A program made the position numbers and the translations under genes. A model generated the notes under the pieces. It was not told the DNA's origin. It worked only from the letters and a program-made list of their open reading frames with translations, and ran no database searches. Positions 38,079 to 46,877 of a stretch of DNA of 64,000 nucleotides are shown in pieces; position 1 is the first letter of the stretch; every line of letters starts with the position of its first letter. The stretch is from Deltaproteobacteria bacterium (GTDB lineage: Bacteria; Desulfobacterota; GWC2-55-46), in the NCBI GenBank assembly GCA_016182655.1, contig JACPGB010000024.1, forward strand, positions 30,549 to 94,548. The letters are read 5' to 3'.

Positions 38079-39332
38079 TTAAAAGTACGCCTGTAGCCGG
38101 AGTCCGTACACAAAGAACGAATCCGCGTTCTCATCCCCGCCGGGGTTCATCACATACTGCAGGTCGGGGGTTATGTGGAACCCCGCCTCGTCGTCGGCGT
38201 GGGCAAGCGCCATATTATAGTAAAGCTCGGCGTAGTGCTCGACGCCGGAAGAAAAATCCGGGTCCTGGGAGACGAGGAAGTCCTCGTAGTCCTGGCCCAT
38301 GAGTGTAGCGCCGTAGCCGAATCCGGCCCTGTCGTTCTCCCTCCCGAAGGCGTCGCCGTTTACGTGGACGCCCGCGCCGAAGAACTTGTCGAACTGCGCG
38401 ACCTTCTCGTCCTGTATCCCTGCCCTGAACCAGACTCCGAAATTGTCGGTAAGGTACTGGTCGATGGAGACGCCGAACCCGGAGTTAGTCTCGTCCAGCA
38501 GTGCGGCGTCGTTCGGGTCCGCTGTCGTGCTGATGTCGTCTCTGCCCTGCCGCGTCCAGTAATAGAGCCTGTAGTGGCCGTCCCTGTCCATGAGTCTCAG
38601 GTTCAGGTTCGCCTCGGCCAGGAGGAAGGGCTTGTCGAAGGCGTCGGTATAGTCGCCGTTGCCTTCGAACGCGCCGATCGAGACATCGAAAGTCTCCGAG
38701 GGCGCTATGGTCGCCCGGATGCCGGGGCTGTAGAAATTCTCCGTGCCTCCCCACTCTATCGCGGGGTTGTTTACGAAGATGTTCGCGAGGAACTGCGCGC
38801 GCTCGTTATTGGCGAAGTCGTTGGCGTCGAAGTACCCGGTCGGGTCGAGCTGGCCGATGGAGACCGTGAGCGTCTCGTAGACATGCTCGTAGTACGCCTG
38901 CGTCAGATTTACATCGCTATCAAAGCCCTCAAGGTCTCCGTTCGCGCCGGTCGGGTTGCCGTTGGGGCTTGCGAAGAGCGCGGGCAACCCCTGCACCCCT
39001 CCTCCCTTGGCCGCATCGAACACGAGGACCGCCGTGCCGTTGTCTCCCACCGGGGATTCGAAGACGAGATCCGCCGAGAGCGAGAGGTCGCCCTTGGCCC
39101 CGTCGGCAGACGAGCCCTGCCCGATGAGAGTCACCCCTCCGCTCACCTTGAGGCCGTAAAGACTGTGTATCGGGTGGAGCTTGTGCCCGAGCTCTCCGGC
39201 AGGCTCGGTCGTCATAACCTTGTTCTCGATCTCCTGGACGCGCCTTTTCAAGTCCTCGACATCGTCCTGGGCTATCGCCGGAGACGCTACAAAGAGCGCC
39301 CCCGCAAGAAGCATCAACACATTCCTGACCAT
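38079..39332 (-). CDS. Outer-membrane porin, OprB-like carbohydrate-selective porin family (tentative)
   Basis: Signal peptide, a short coiled coil (DLKRRVQEIENKV), a beta-barrel with alternating hydrophobic residues and a C-terminal ...LRLQAYF. Confidence 0.55.
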   Translation of the reverse strand: MVRNVLMLLAGALFVASPAIAQDDVEDLKRRVQEIENKVMTTEPAGELGHKLHPIHSLYGLKVSGGVTLIGQGSSADGAKGDLSLSADLVFESPVGDNGTAVLVFDAAKGGGVQGLPALFASPNGNPTGANGDLEGFDSDVNLTQAYYEHVYETLTVSIGQLDPTGYFDANDFANNERAQFLANIFVNNPAIEWGGTENFYSPGIRATIAPSETFDVSIGAFEGNGDYTDAFDKPFLLAEANLNLRLMDRDGHYRLYYWTRQGRDDISTTADPNDAALLDETNSGFGVSIDQYLTDNFGVWFRAGIQDEKVAQFDKFFGAGVHVNGDAFGRENDRAGFGYGATLMGQDYEDFLVSQDPDFSSGVEHYAELYYNMALAHADDEAGFHITPDLQYVMNPGGDENADSFFVYGLRLQAYF

Positions 39333-39364
39333 CTCGTAAAGCCTCCTGTATGGTTTATGATGCC

Positions 39365-40177
39365 TTATTCGTGTTCGTCATGCGTTCCGAACGGACCGTG
39401 GCTGTGCATATGTATTATGTCGCCGTGCCTGTGCGTGTGCTCGTGTATTATGTTCGCCTTCAAAAGCAGGTCCTTGTCCCTGAGTATCTTGTCCGCCGGG
39501 CCGTCGGCAACGACCCCGTGGTCCTCGCCTATGACGATGACCCGGTCGCACAGATCGCCCACGAGGCTCAAGTCGTGGGTGGCCATGATTATCGTCTTTT
39601 TGAGGTCCTTAAGCCCCTGAAGCAATTCGAAGAGCCAGACCTGCGTCCTGGGGTCAAGCCCGTTCGTCGGCTCATCAAGCAGGAGCACATCCGGGTTCGT
39701 CGCCAAAACAGAGGCTATCGCGACCTTTTTCTTCTCGCCGCTCGACAAGGTATACGGGGGCCTGTCTTTCAAAGCCGCTATCCCGAGCATCTCGAGGAGC
39801 GTAGCCACCCTCCTCTCTACCTCGTCTTCGGAAAGTTGGATCTGGAGCGGCCCGAATGCGACCTCGTCGAAAACCGTAGGCGAAAATAACTGAACATCGG
39901 GCTCCGGGAAGACGAAGCCTGTCCGTTCCCTGAAGCACCTCTGGAACGGGCCCTTGAGCGTCTCTTCGCTCACTGCCTCCCCGGAAAACCTCATCTCGCC
40001 GGAGGTCGGGAAGACGAGCCCGTTCATTATCTTCAGGAGCGTGGATTTCCCCGACCCGTTCGCGCCCAGAATGCCGAGACTCTCGCCCTGCACTGCCGTG
40101 AAGCTTATGCCCTTTAGCGCATGGCCCTCCCCATAGGAGTAGCCTATTTCAGAGAGCCTGAATACCTCTTGTCCCAT
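39365..40177 (-). CDS. cbiO: Cobalt ECF/ABC transporter ATPase CbiO with His-rich C-terminal tail
   Basis: Walker A GANGSGKST, signature LSSGEKKKV, Walker B LLLDEP, and a tail IIHEHTHRHGDIIHMHSHGPFGTHDEHE. Confidence 0.85.
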   Translation of the reverse strand: MGQEVFRLSEIGYSYGEGHALKGISFTAVQGESLGILGANGSGKSTLLKIMNGLVFPTSGEMRFSGEAVSEETLKGPFQRCFRERTGFVFPEPDVQLFSPTVFDEVAFGPLQIQLSEDEVERRVATLLEMLGIAALKDRPPYTLSSGEKKKVAIASVLATNPDVLLLDEPTNGLDPRTQVWLFELLQGLKDLKKTIIMATHDLSLVGDLCDRVIVIGEDHGVVADGPADKILRDKDLLLKANIIHEHTHRHGDIIHMHSHGPFGTHDEHE

Positions 40178-40191
40178 CGATATCGTCGCTC

Positions 40192-41076
40192 CTAAATGCC
40201 GAAGGAGAGGAAGAGAAAAAAGAGGGTCAGGAAGAGCCAGAGATAATCAGCGCCCTCCATCCCGGGGGACTTAAGCGTCCGCAGACGCCCGTCGAAGCCC
40301 CTCGATATCATCGCCATGTTGACCTCTTCGGCGTAACTCATCGATTTCTTTAGTATCAAAGCCATCCTTGAGCCCGTCCACCTCTGTGCCTCGGACACCC
40401 TGCCCGTTGCTATGGTCCTCGACTTCCTCGCAAGCACCGCGTCCTCGGCAATCTTCAGAAGCACGAAGATGTACCTGAATGTCATGTAAAGCGCGGTGAC
40501 GAAGAGGTGCGGGACCTTAAGTCCCTTAAGCCCCTTGAAAAAATCGGCCTGCCGGGTGGTAAGCAAGAGGAGCGCGGAGAGAGAGACCATCACGCCGACC
40601 CTCAATAAAAGGAAGAGGCCTACCTCCGCGCCCTCTCTCGTGACCGAAATACCGTAGCCGTTGACAGACACCCCGAATATCGAAGAGCCCGGCGTCATGA
40701 AGTCGAAAAAGACCGGGACAGCTATGACGGAAGTGAAAAAAAGCGAAGGCGCGACCCTTTTGGCAAGCGATGCCGCGCTCACTTTCGAAAGTATCATCGC
40801 GACGGCTATAATGACGAGCGCGCCTATGAGCATAAAGGAACTGCCCGTCAACGAGCATGCGATGATGAGGAAGAGAAAACCCGCTATTCTCGCACTGGGG
40901 GTCAAGGACTGCAGCGCCCCGGGCCGCTCTGCCGCGCCGGAGGAAAGTGTGGCGCGCATGAAGGCAGAGATGTTCCAGAGAGTCTTGTCCAGGAACCCTT
41001 GCGAGCCGCCTTTTCCGGCCGGACACGGCTCTCCGCGCGATTCCTTAAGCCAGTCCGGGAGCCTTACTTCCGCCAT
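40192..41076 (-). CDS. cbiQ: Cobalt transporter transmembrane component CbiQ
   Basis: CbiQ-like five-TM protein. Start uncertain: ATG at 41074-41076 or the internal Met near 40959. The listed ORF to 41208 overlaps cbiM. Confidence 0.75.
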   Translation of the reverse strand: MAEVRLPDWLKESRGEPCPAGKGGSQGFLDKTLWNISAFMRATLSSGAAERPGALQSLTPSARIAGFLFLIIACSLTGSSFMLIGALVIIAVAMILSKVSAASLAKRVAPSLFFTSVIAVPVFFDFMTPGSSIFGVSVNGYGISVTREGAEVGLFLLLRVGVMVSLSALLLLTTRQADFFKGLKGLKVPHLFVTALYMTFRYIFVLLKIAEDAVLARKSRTIATGRVSEAQRWTGSRMALILKKSMSYAEEVNMAMISRGFDGRLRTLKSPGMEGADYLWLFLTLFFLFLSFGI

Positions 41077-42038
41077 CTTTTCCCCCAGAGCCAGATCGCG
41101 AGCACCGCCGCAAGACTTCCGACTGCGGCAGATACTATGTATACAAATGAAGAGCCTATCCTGCCCCCAGCCGACGGATGTCCGTAGTCCGGGAGCACGC
41201 CCTTCCACGCGCCATCGTACCTATCCATGCCCGAGGGCACATAGCCTATCATCTCGAGTATCTCGCTTTTTCCCCACTCTCCCCACGGCGTACCTACGGC
41301 GAGGAGACCCAAAGGCGTCAATACGGCGAGTACGACGAGCGCGGTCCAAAGCGGCCTTGCGCTTTTACCTGCCCTTGCGAGTTCCCCTCCCATCGTCTTC
41401 TCCATGTAGGAGACGACGAGCGCGGTGCCTATCGCCTCGACCGGCCCTAGGAAGAGCGCGTGCGGGACCATCATGGCCGGTATGGAGATGTATAACGGGT
41501 ACGGCGCGTATAGGGGTCTCCCGTCCGCGCCGGCCGCGATTGAAGGCTGTATCCCGAGCTCGATGCCTACGGCGAGCGCCGCGAGGTTCACGGCGGCATA
41601 TCCGGCTATTGCCGCGGCCGCCGTCTTTCTCGCGCGGCCCGGGGAGCCGAAAGAGGCCGCCCTGTACGACCAATACCCGGCGAAGCTCATGACAAAGGCC
41701 ATGTTGAAGCTGTTCGCGCCTATGGCGAGCACCCCGCCGTCTCCGAATAGAAAAGCCTGCAGGATAAGCGCGAGGCTCAAGGCTATCACACCCGCCCACG
41801 GGCCGAGAGCGATGGCAACGACGACACTCCCGACCATGTGTCCGGATGAGCCTCCGGGGATCGGGATGTTGAACATCATTATTACGAATGTAAAGGCCGC
41901 GCCGAGCGCGAGCAAGGGGAGGTTCTTGAGTTTGAGCTCTGATTCGACCCGCTTTGATGCGAAGTACCAGACCGGCAGCATCCCCGCGAAAAAAACGGCG
42001 CAGGTCTTGGGGCTCAGGTATCCGTCCGGTATATGCAC
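41064..42038 (-). CDS. cbiM: Cobalt transporter CbiM with ~100-aa C-terminal extension (possible CbiN-like fusion)
   Basis: N-terminus MHIPDGYLS is the hallmark of CbiM/NikM. The extra C-terminal segment is TPWGEWGKSEILEMIGYVPSGMDRYDGAWKGVLPDYG followed by a TM segment. Confidence 0.85.
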   Translation of the reverse strand: MHIPDGYLSPKTCAVFFAGMLPVWYFASKRVESELKLKNLPLLALGAAFTFVIMMFNIPIPGGSSGHMVGSVVVAIALGPWAGVIALSLALILQAFLFGDGGVLAIGANSFNMAFVMSFAGYWSYRAASFGSPGRARKTAAAAIAGYAAVNLAALAVGIELGIQPSIAAGADGRPLYAPYPLYISIPAMMVPHALFLGPVEAIGTALVVSYMEKTMGGELARAGKSARPLWTALVVLAVLTPLGLLAVGTPWGEWGKSEILEMIGYVPSGMDRYDGAWKGVLPDYGHPSAGGRIGSSFVYIVSAAVGSLAAVLAIWLWGKRWRK

Positions 42039-42055
42039 TTAAGTACCTTGATTTA

Positions 42056-43084
42056 CTACTCGAACGCCAGCCGGGCGGCCTCGATCAAAAGCGCGTTCAC
42101 TATGGCCACAGCCACGGTAGACCCGCCCTTCCTGCCTGAAGACGCGATAAACGGCACTGAGCTCTTCATGAGCTCGGCCTTCGCCTCCTCCGCGCCCACG
42201 AACCCCACGGGCACGCCTATTACGAGGGCTGGTCTCGCCTCGCCCTTTTTTATTAAGGACAATAACTCGTTCAACGCCGTCGGCGCATTCCCTATCGCAA
42301 CGACGCCGCCTTCCATCGAAGGGGCCGCCTTCCTCATCGAGGCCGCGGTCTTGGTCATGCCTTCGGCCTTTGCGAGCCTCTCGACATCCTTGTCGGACGA
42401 AAAACATAAGACGCGGGAGCCGGAGAGCAACCTGTACTTCATAATCCCGGCCTCGACCATCCGGACATCGGTCACGATCGCTCTTCCGGCCCTTAAGGCC
42501 GCGCAACCGGCCTCTATCGCGCCGGGGCTGAACCTGAGGACCTCCCTGTACTCGAAGTCGGCGGTCGTGTGTATGACCCTCTTCAATACCGGGAGCTCTG
42601 TAGCGAGGTGCGTTGTAGCGCCGAGCTCCTTTTCGATGATGTTGAAGCTCTCCCTTTCTATCGGGTGCTGCCCCTCGTCCTTGCCCGCCGCTCCGACCGA
42701 CTCCTCGATACGCTCGATAGTGATGTCGACGAGCCTTTTATCGAACCCGATGTTCCGGGTAAGCATGATATCGAGACCCTTATGGCGGCCCTTCGCCTCC
42801 TCCAGTTCGTTCGGCAGGTCCTTCGTCACATGGAGCCCCATATATAGGAAGTACGGCATGACGGCTATGTCCGTATAGCCCCTGGACACAAGCTCGTCGA
42901 CCCCCTCCTGGAAGTCCGGCCTTTCGAGCTGAAGAAAGGCCGGAAGCACGGCCTCATACCCTCCGATTGATTCGACCTCGCGGGCCACCTCGCGGAGAGT
43001 CTCGTTAGCTTCCTTTGCCTTGGATCCGTGGCCGAGGAGGAGCACCGCCCTCCTTTTGCCGTTGCATTTTTCCACGCCCATCAT
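42056..43084 (-). CDS. cbiXC: Fused sirohydrochlorin cobaltochelatase CbiX (short form) and precorrin-8X methylmutase CbiC
   Basis: N-terminus RAVLLLGHGSKAKEANE...VMPYFL is CbiX-like. C-terminus HTTADFEY...VAIGNAPTAL is CbiC-like. Start MMGVEK at 43082-43084, preceded by AAGGAGGG. Confidence 0.75.
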   Translation of the reverse strand: MMGVEKCNGKRRAVLLLGHGSKAKEANETLREVAREVESIGGYEAVLPAFLQLERPDFQEGVDELVSRGYTDIAVMPYFLYMGLHVTKDLPNELEEAKGRHKGLDIMLTRNIGFDKRLVDITIERIEESVGAAGKDEGQHPIERESFNIIEKELGATTHLATELPVLKRVIHTTADFEYREVLRFSPGAIEAGCAALRAGRAIVTDVRMVEAGIMKYRLLSGSRVLCFSSDKDVERLAKAEGMTKTAASMRKAAPSMEGGVVAIGNAPTALNELLSLIKKGEARPALVIGVPVGFVGAEEAKAELMKSSVPFIASSGRKGGSTVAVAIVNALLIEAARLAFE

Positions 43085-43103
43085 CAAACCCTCCTTACGC
43101 TCA

Positions 43104-43139
43104 AAATAAAAAACCCCCGCTTCAAAAAGAAGGGGGGTC
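43104..43139 (-). terminator. Riboswitch expression-platform terminator (CCCCCTTCTTTTTGAAGCGGGGG plus U-run)
   Basis: Lies between the cobalamin aptamer and the cbiXC RBS. Confidence 0.7.
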
Positions 43140-43208
43140 GGATGCGGATAAAACCTCTCCAATACCCTCACCCTCTTTACCTTCGAAGGATCCGTGAGGC
43201 ATTATCAA

Positions 43209-43405
43209 GGCAGGTCTCCTGACTTACGGGTCATCCTAATCTCCGCAACCTTCCCGGCAATCAGCCAGTGGCTCAACATGCGGATTTCGTATCCGTTTAC
43301 AGTGGCGGGTCCGTTCCCGATTCTCCGGTGGCAGTCGCGGTTCTTCGTGATTGCCACACAGACCACGGGATTCCCTTTTCAAGCCCTTTTGGGGCGCCCT
43401 GATAT
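43209..43405 (-). promoter_or_regulatory. Cobalamin (B12) riboswitch aptamer, with a TTGACA-17-TAATGA promoter at about 43415-43445
   Basis: The minus-strand RNA contains AAAAGGGAAUCCCGUGG, GACCCGCCACUGUAA and the B12 box AGUCAGGAGACCUGCC. Plus-strand ORFs at 43015-43496 are artefacts. Confidence 0.8.
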
Positions 43406-43547
43406 GTGCGTGGTAATCATTACATTTCTAAAAAGCGCGTGTCAAGCAAATACCGGTCCTCGCCGGACGGGCAAAGTTCATATCGAGATGGCCTGATTAC
43501 TCTTTGCTCGTAGCTTCCGAAAAAACCCGCCAACGCCACCCGGATCG

Positions 43548-44453
43548 TTACCGGCCGTTAGTCGCCCTCGGCCCCTTTTCTATCTCAAGGAGGACCTTGC
43601 CTTTCCTGAATATGCGGACTATGCCGGTCGAGCCCGAGATGGTGACGGCGGCGGCGTCGGTCACATCCGTTATTCCGGCCGCGGCCATGTGCCTGCACCC
43701 GAGCCCCGGCATGTGGCCTTCCTCTTCGAGCGCGGCGTCCAGATGCACGCCCGCGCTTACGACTATCCCGTCCTCGCGGATGACGAATGCGCCGTCCAGG
43801 AGCGCGAACTCCTTTATAGTCTCGTGGACGGCGTCGTCGAGCAAGTTCCTCGACTCCTCCGGGTAGCCCTTGAACGGGTTCATGATAAGCGGGCGGGAGA
43901 GCTTTGAGACTTTTTCGTGGTCCCCGATCACGAACGTCGTGCCGATGGCGTGGCCTTCGCGCCCCTCGCTCGACAATTCGAGCGCAATCCCCAGGACCGT
44001 CTCTATCACCTCGGGCTTTATCTTCGCGAGCAGGTCTTTCGAGATGCCTGTCGTGCTGAATATCTCCGTCTCTTTTTCGAGGTCGAGGCACATGAGGGTG
44101 TCGAGCGCGCCCTTTGAGGAGAGGCCGGTAAGGCATACTACCTTGTCGGATGACGTTATAACGCCTTCCGTTATGCACATGATGGTCGATAACTTTATCT
44201 GGCCGATGCGCGCGAGCCTGACCTCCGGGAGCTTTACGATTGCCTTAAGCTCCGCCCTGTAGCGTTCGAGCTCTTCAAGGGTATCCGCCTTTTGCGTCAG
44301 TATGACGAGGTCTTTTTTCGACGCGGACTCCTTCCAGAACCTCCAGTCCTCGGTCGAGTCCATGAAGATGAGGACAACGGAGGCGCCCGTCTCCTTCTTT
44401 AAAGAGAGGGCGGTCTCCAGCATCATCCGGTTAAGGTCTGTTATGCTATCCAC
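43548..44453 (-). CDS. Diadenylate cyclase (DAC-domain) protein with a ~140-aa non-canonical N-terminal domain
   Basis: C-terminal DGAFVIREDGIVVSAGVHL...GCRHMAAAGITDVTDAAAVTISGSTGIVRIF matches the DAC domain of DisA/CdaA. There is no TM N-terminus as in CdaA. Confidence 0.65.
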   Translation of the reverse strand: MDSITDLNRMMLETALSLKKETGASVVLIFMDSTEDWRFWKESASKKDLVILTQKADTLEELERYRAELKAIVKLPEVRLARIGQIKLSTIMCITEGVITSSDKVVCLTGLSSKGALDTLMCLDLEKETEIFSTTGISKDLLAKIKPEVIETVLGIALELSSEGREGHAIGTTFVIGDHEKVSKLSRPLIMNPFKGYPEESRNLLDDAVHETIKEFALLDGAFVIREDGIVVSAGVHLDAALEEEGHMPGLGCRHMAAAGITDVTDAAAVTISGSTGIVRIFRKGKVLLEIEKGPRATNGR

Positions 44454-45228
44454 CCCTGGCCTTCCTTTTTAGAGGCGACACCCTCGCGTCGACCTGCGTG
44501 AGTATGCCCCGGAGCATGTTTATTTCCTTTTGCATGAGCCCGGTCCTGCCGAAGAGACGGCGAAAGCTCCGGAGGATGGATTCGAGTATATGCTCCGCCC
44601 CCCCGTCCCCGTATTCGAGCGCCCGAAGCGTCTTCTCCATGTGTACGTACATCTTCTCCAATTCAGCGCGCGGGGCGACCTTCACCGCCTCTGCCTTCGG
44701 GTTCCCTGCCGTGAAGACCTGCCAGCAGAAGATAAGGACCGCCGAGGACAGGTTCAACGAAGGGTAGTCCTCGTGCGTCGGTATCTCGACGAGTATGTCG
44801 GCAAGCTTTACCTCGTCGTTGTGAAGCCCCCGGTCCTCCCTGCCGAAGAGGACCGCGACATTGTTGCCGGCGGAAAGCTCCAGTATCTTTTCCGTCGCCT
44901 CCTGGATGGTGAGTATCGGGTATCTCGTCCTCCCCATCCTCCGGGTAGTGGCTACGATGACGCCGGGCTCTGCCGCGTAATCATCGAGCGTCTTGAATAC
45001 CCGCGCGCCCTTCAATATGTCGAAAGCGTTGCACGCCATCGACAGCGCCGCATCAGCCGAGTGGTCGCACGGGTTTATGAGGACGAGGTCGGAAAAACCC
45101 GTGTTCTTCATGGCGCGGGCGACTGAGCCTACGTTGCCCGGGCTCTGCGGCTCGACGAGGACTATCGATATATTATTGGAGGCGGAAGAGCCCTCCTTCT
45201 GTTTTTTATCTTTTGTTTTTCGACGCAT
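44446..45228 (-). CDS. SpoU/TrmH-family RNA 2'-O-methyltransferase (TrmJ-like)
   Basis: SPOUT fold motifs (IVLVEPQSPGNVGSVARAM; LFGREDRGL; EIPTHEDYPSLNLSSAV). Confidence 0.75.
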   Translation of the reverse strand: MRRKTKDKKQKEGSSASNNISIVLVEPQSPGNVGSVARAMKNTGFSDLVLINPCDHSADAALSMACNAFDILKGARVFKTLDDYAAEPGVIVATTRRMGRTRYPILTIQEATEKILELSAGNNVAVLFGREDRGLHNDEVKLADILVEIPTHEDYPSLNLSSAVLIFCWQVFTAGNPKAEAVKVAPRAELEKMYVHMEKTLRALEYGDGGAEHILESILRSFRRLFGRTGLMQKEINMLRGILTQVDARVSPLKRKARGG

Positions 45229-45320
45229 CTTCGGAAGTGTGCGGTAAAGGATAATGCCAGTATAGCAAAATTGCGCGGTTCTTGGAATAGGGGGATAATG
45301 AGGTACGGGGAAGGTTAAGG

Positions 45321-46385
45321 CTAAACCGCGAGGTCGACCTGCTGTATTGTGCCGGGGGCGCCGTTTTCGGCAAGATAGACGCCGGACCTCCTGACCTGGC
45401 CGAGGTCTGTGTTGTCGGCGCTCTTTAAATCAAAGCTTGTCGCGGCATAGCCGAGGTATATCGCGCCCACACCCTGCTCTTTAAGTGGCTTAAGCGCGTC
45501 CTTTGTCCATACAAAAAGGTCGTTAAAGACCGCGTCGTTCTCGTCTATCCACGAATTCTTGTCGGTGTCATAGGCCGAGAGCTCCTTGAACCCGTTCCCG
45601 GAGGACGGCCCGAAGAGCTCGCTTCCGTTATTCACTCTTCCGTCGCCGTTCTTGTCTATCGCCAGGAATCCGGAGCCCGGCGCGGCAAAGGAGATATTCT
45701 CCTCGCCCCCGTCGGAATCGAGGTCGAACGCGAACTTCATCGACGTAAGCTCAGCCGCTCTCCCGCCGAAATTGATGACGAGCGGGTCGACGCGCCTGGC
45801 GTCGCCTGCGCGCAAGTTTACGGTCTCTTCGGTGATGGAGGCCCTCTGCATGGTGAGTTCGAGCGAGAAACTTAATTCCTGCCCGTCGGCGGTCCTTATG
45901 ACGCCTTCGGCGCTGAAAGAGGTCTCTTCTATTTCGGCGTGAATGGCGCGAGAGTCGTACTCGAGCCCCCAACCATCGCGTCCGTCTGTAGCGTCAGCAA
46001 GCGCCTCCCCGGTCTTTTTTATATCAGCCGAAGGCTCCTTATCGACAGTCATCACCTTTATCTTCCTGCCTGACAAGGCCTCGATGAGGAGCTTCCTTAT
46101 GAAGGTGTCGTGGTCTACCCCGCCGTCTATCTCTATCTCTATCTCTTTTGCTCCCAGATACCGCTTACCCTGCCCTTTTATCGAGGCGAGGCGCGCCCTC
46201 GCCTCATCCGACAGCACGACCCTGTCTCCGGGCCTTGCGCCCGGCACGGCGTCAGGCGCCGGCCTCTCGTCCCCGACCCAGGCATTGAGCTTCTCGCTTT
46301 TCGCATCGCGCTCCACAAATGAGCGCGCCTCGGAAAAGAGTATGTTCGAGTCCGCTATGCGCATAAGAATATCCTTATTAGTCAT
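45321..46385 (-). CDS. Hypothetical protein with EF-hand/dockerin-like Ca-binding loops
   Basis: DLDSDGGEENISF, AIDKNGDGRVNNGSELFG and AYDTDKNSWIDEND loops. No signal peptide. Confidence 0.45.
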   Translation of the reverse strand: MTNKDILMRIADSNILFSEARSFVERDAKSEKLNAWVGDERPAPDAVPGARPGDRVVLSDEARARLASIKGQGKRYLGAKEIEIEIDGGVDHDTFIRKLLIEALSGRKIKVMTVDKEPSADIKKTGEALADATDGRDGWGLEYDSRAIHAEIEETSFSAEGVIRTADGQELSFSLELTMQRASITEETVNLRAGDARRVDPLVINFGGRAAELTSMKFAFDLDSDGGEENISFAAPGSGFLAIDKNGDGRVNNGSELFGPSSGNGFKELSAYDTDKNSWIDENDAVFNDLFVWTKDALKPLKEQGVGAIYLGYAATSFDLKSADNTDLGQVRRSGVYLAENGAPGTIQQVDLAV

Positions 46386-46540
46386 ATCGGCCGGCGGCTT
46401 GAAGACTTTAGGGGAATTCGGGCGCGAGGAAGGGATTTACAACTTCGTCAGGCCCATTTCAGGAATCGGACAAAGGGGAGAGGGGACTAAATATATTAAC
46501 CCCTCCCCCCTATCAAGAAGAAGTCGGGGGTTTAAAAAAA

Positions 46541-46625
46541 GTACGACCTCCCCTCGCCCCTCCTTGGTAAGGAGGGGAACCTTTATCCTCCTCCCCTTTT
46601 TACAAGGGGAGGTCGGGTGGGGTGC
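46541..46625. repeat. Family 2 palindromic repeat, copy 2, with extra GC hairpins (46470-46540) upstream
   Basis: GTACGACCTCCCCTCGCCCCTCCTTGGTAAGGAGGGGA...CAAGGGGAGGTCGGGTGGGGTGC is homologous to 18168-18266. Confidence 0.75.
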
Positions 46626-46877
46626 TTTAAAAGCATGGTCTCCCATTTGACCTTTTTGTCAAAGATAGACGCCGGATGTGGACCCCCTATTTTCTAAAGA
46701 GGGGCCGGGGGAGCGAAACGCGGTATAAAGCCGCTATTGCGTTCCACCATAGTTTGCGAACGCGAGAAATGGTCTTTAGACGAGGCGCGCGACGAGGAAA
46801 ACCGCAGGCGTACTTGGTGTGTACGTCGAGGATTTCCCGAGGAGTGCAACGCAGTATAAAGACATTTATCGCGTTCG

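Noticed and set aside
40661-41692. 343-aa plus-strand ORF
   Set aside because: Antisense to cbiQ and cbiM, and extremely Arg/Pro/Ser-rich.
43015-43496. Three plus-strand ORFs of 60 to 100 aa
   Set aside because: They overlap the minus-strand cobalamin riboswitch and terminator and are non-coding.
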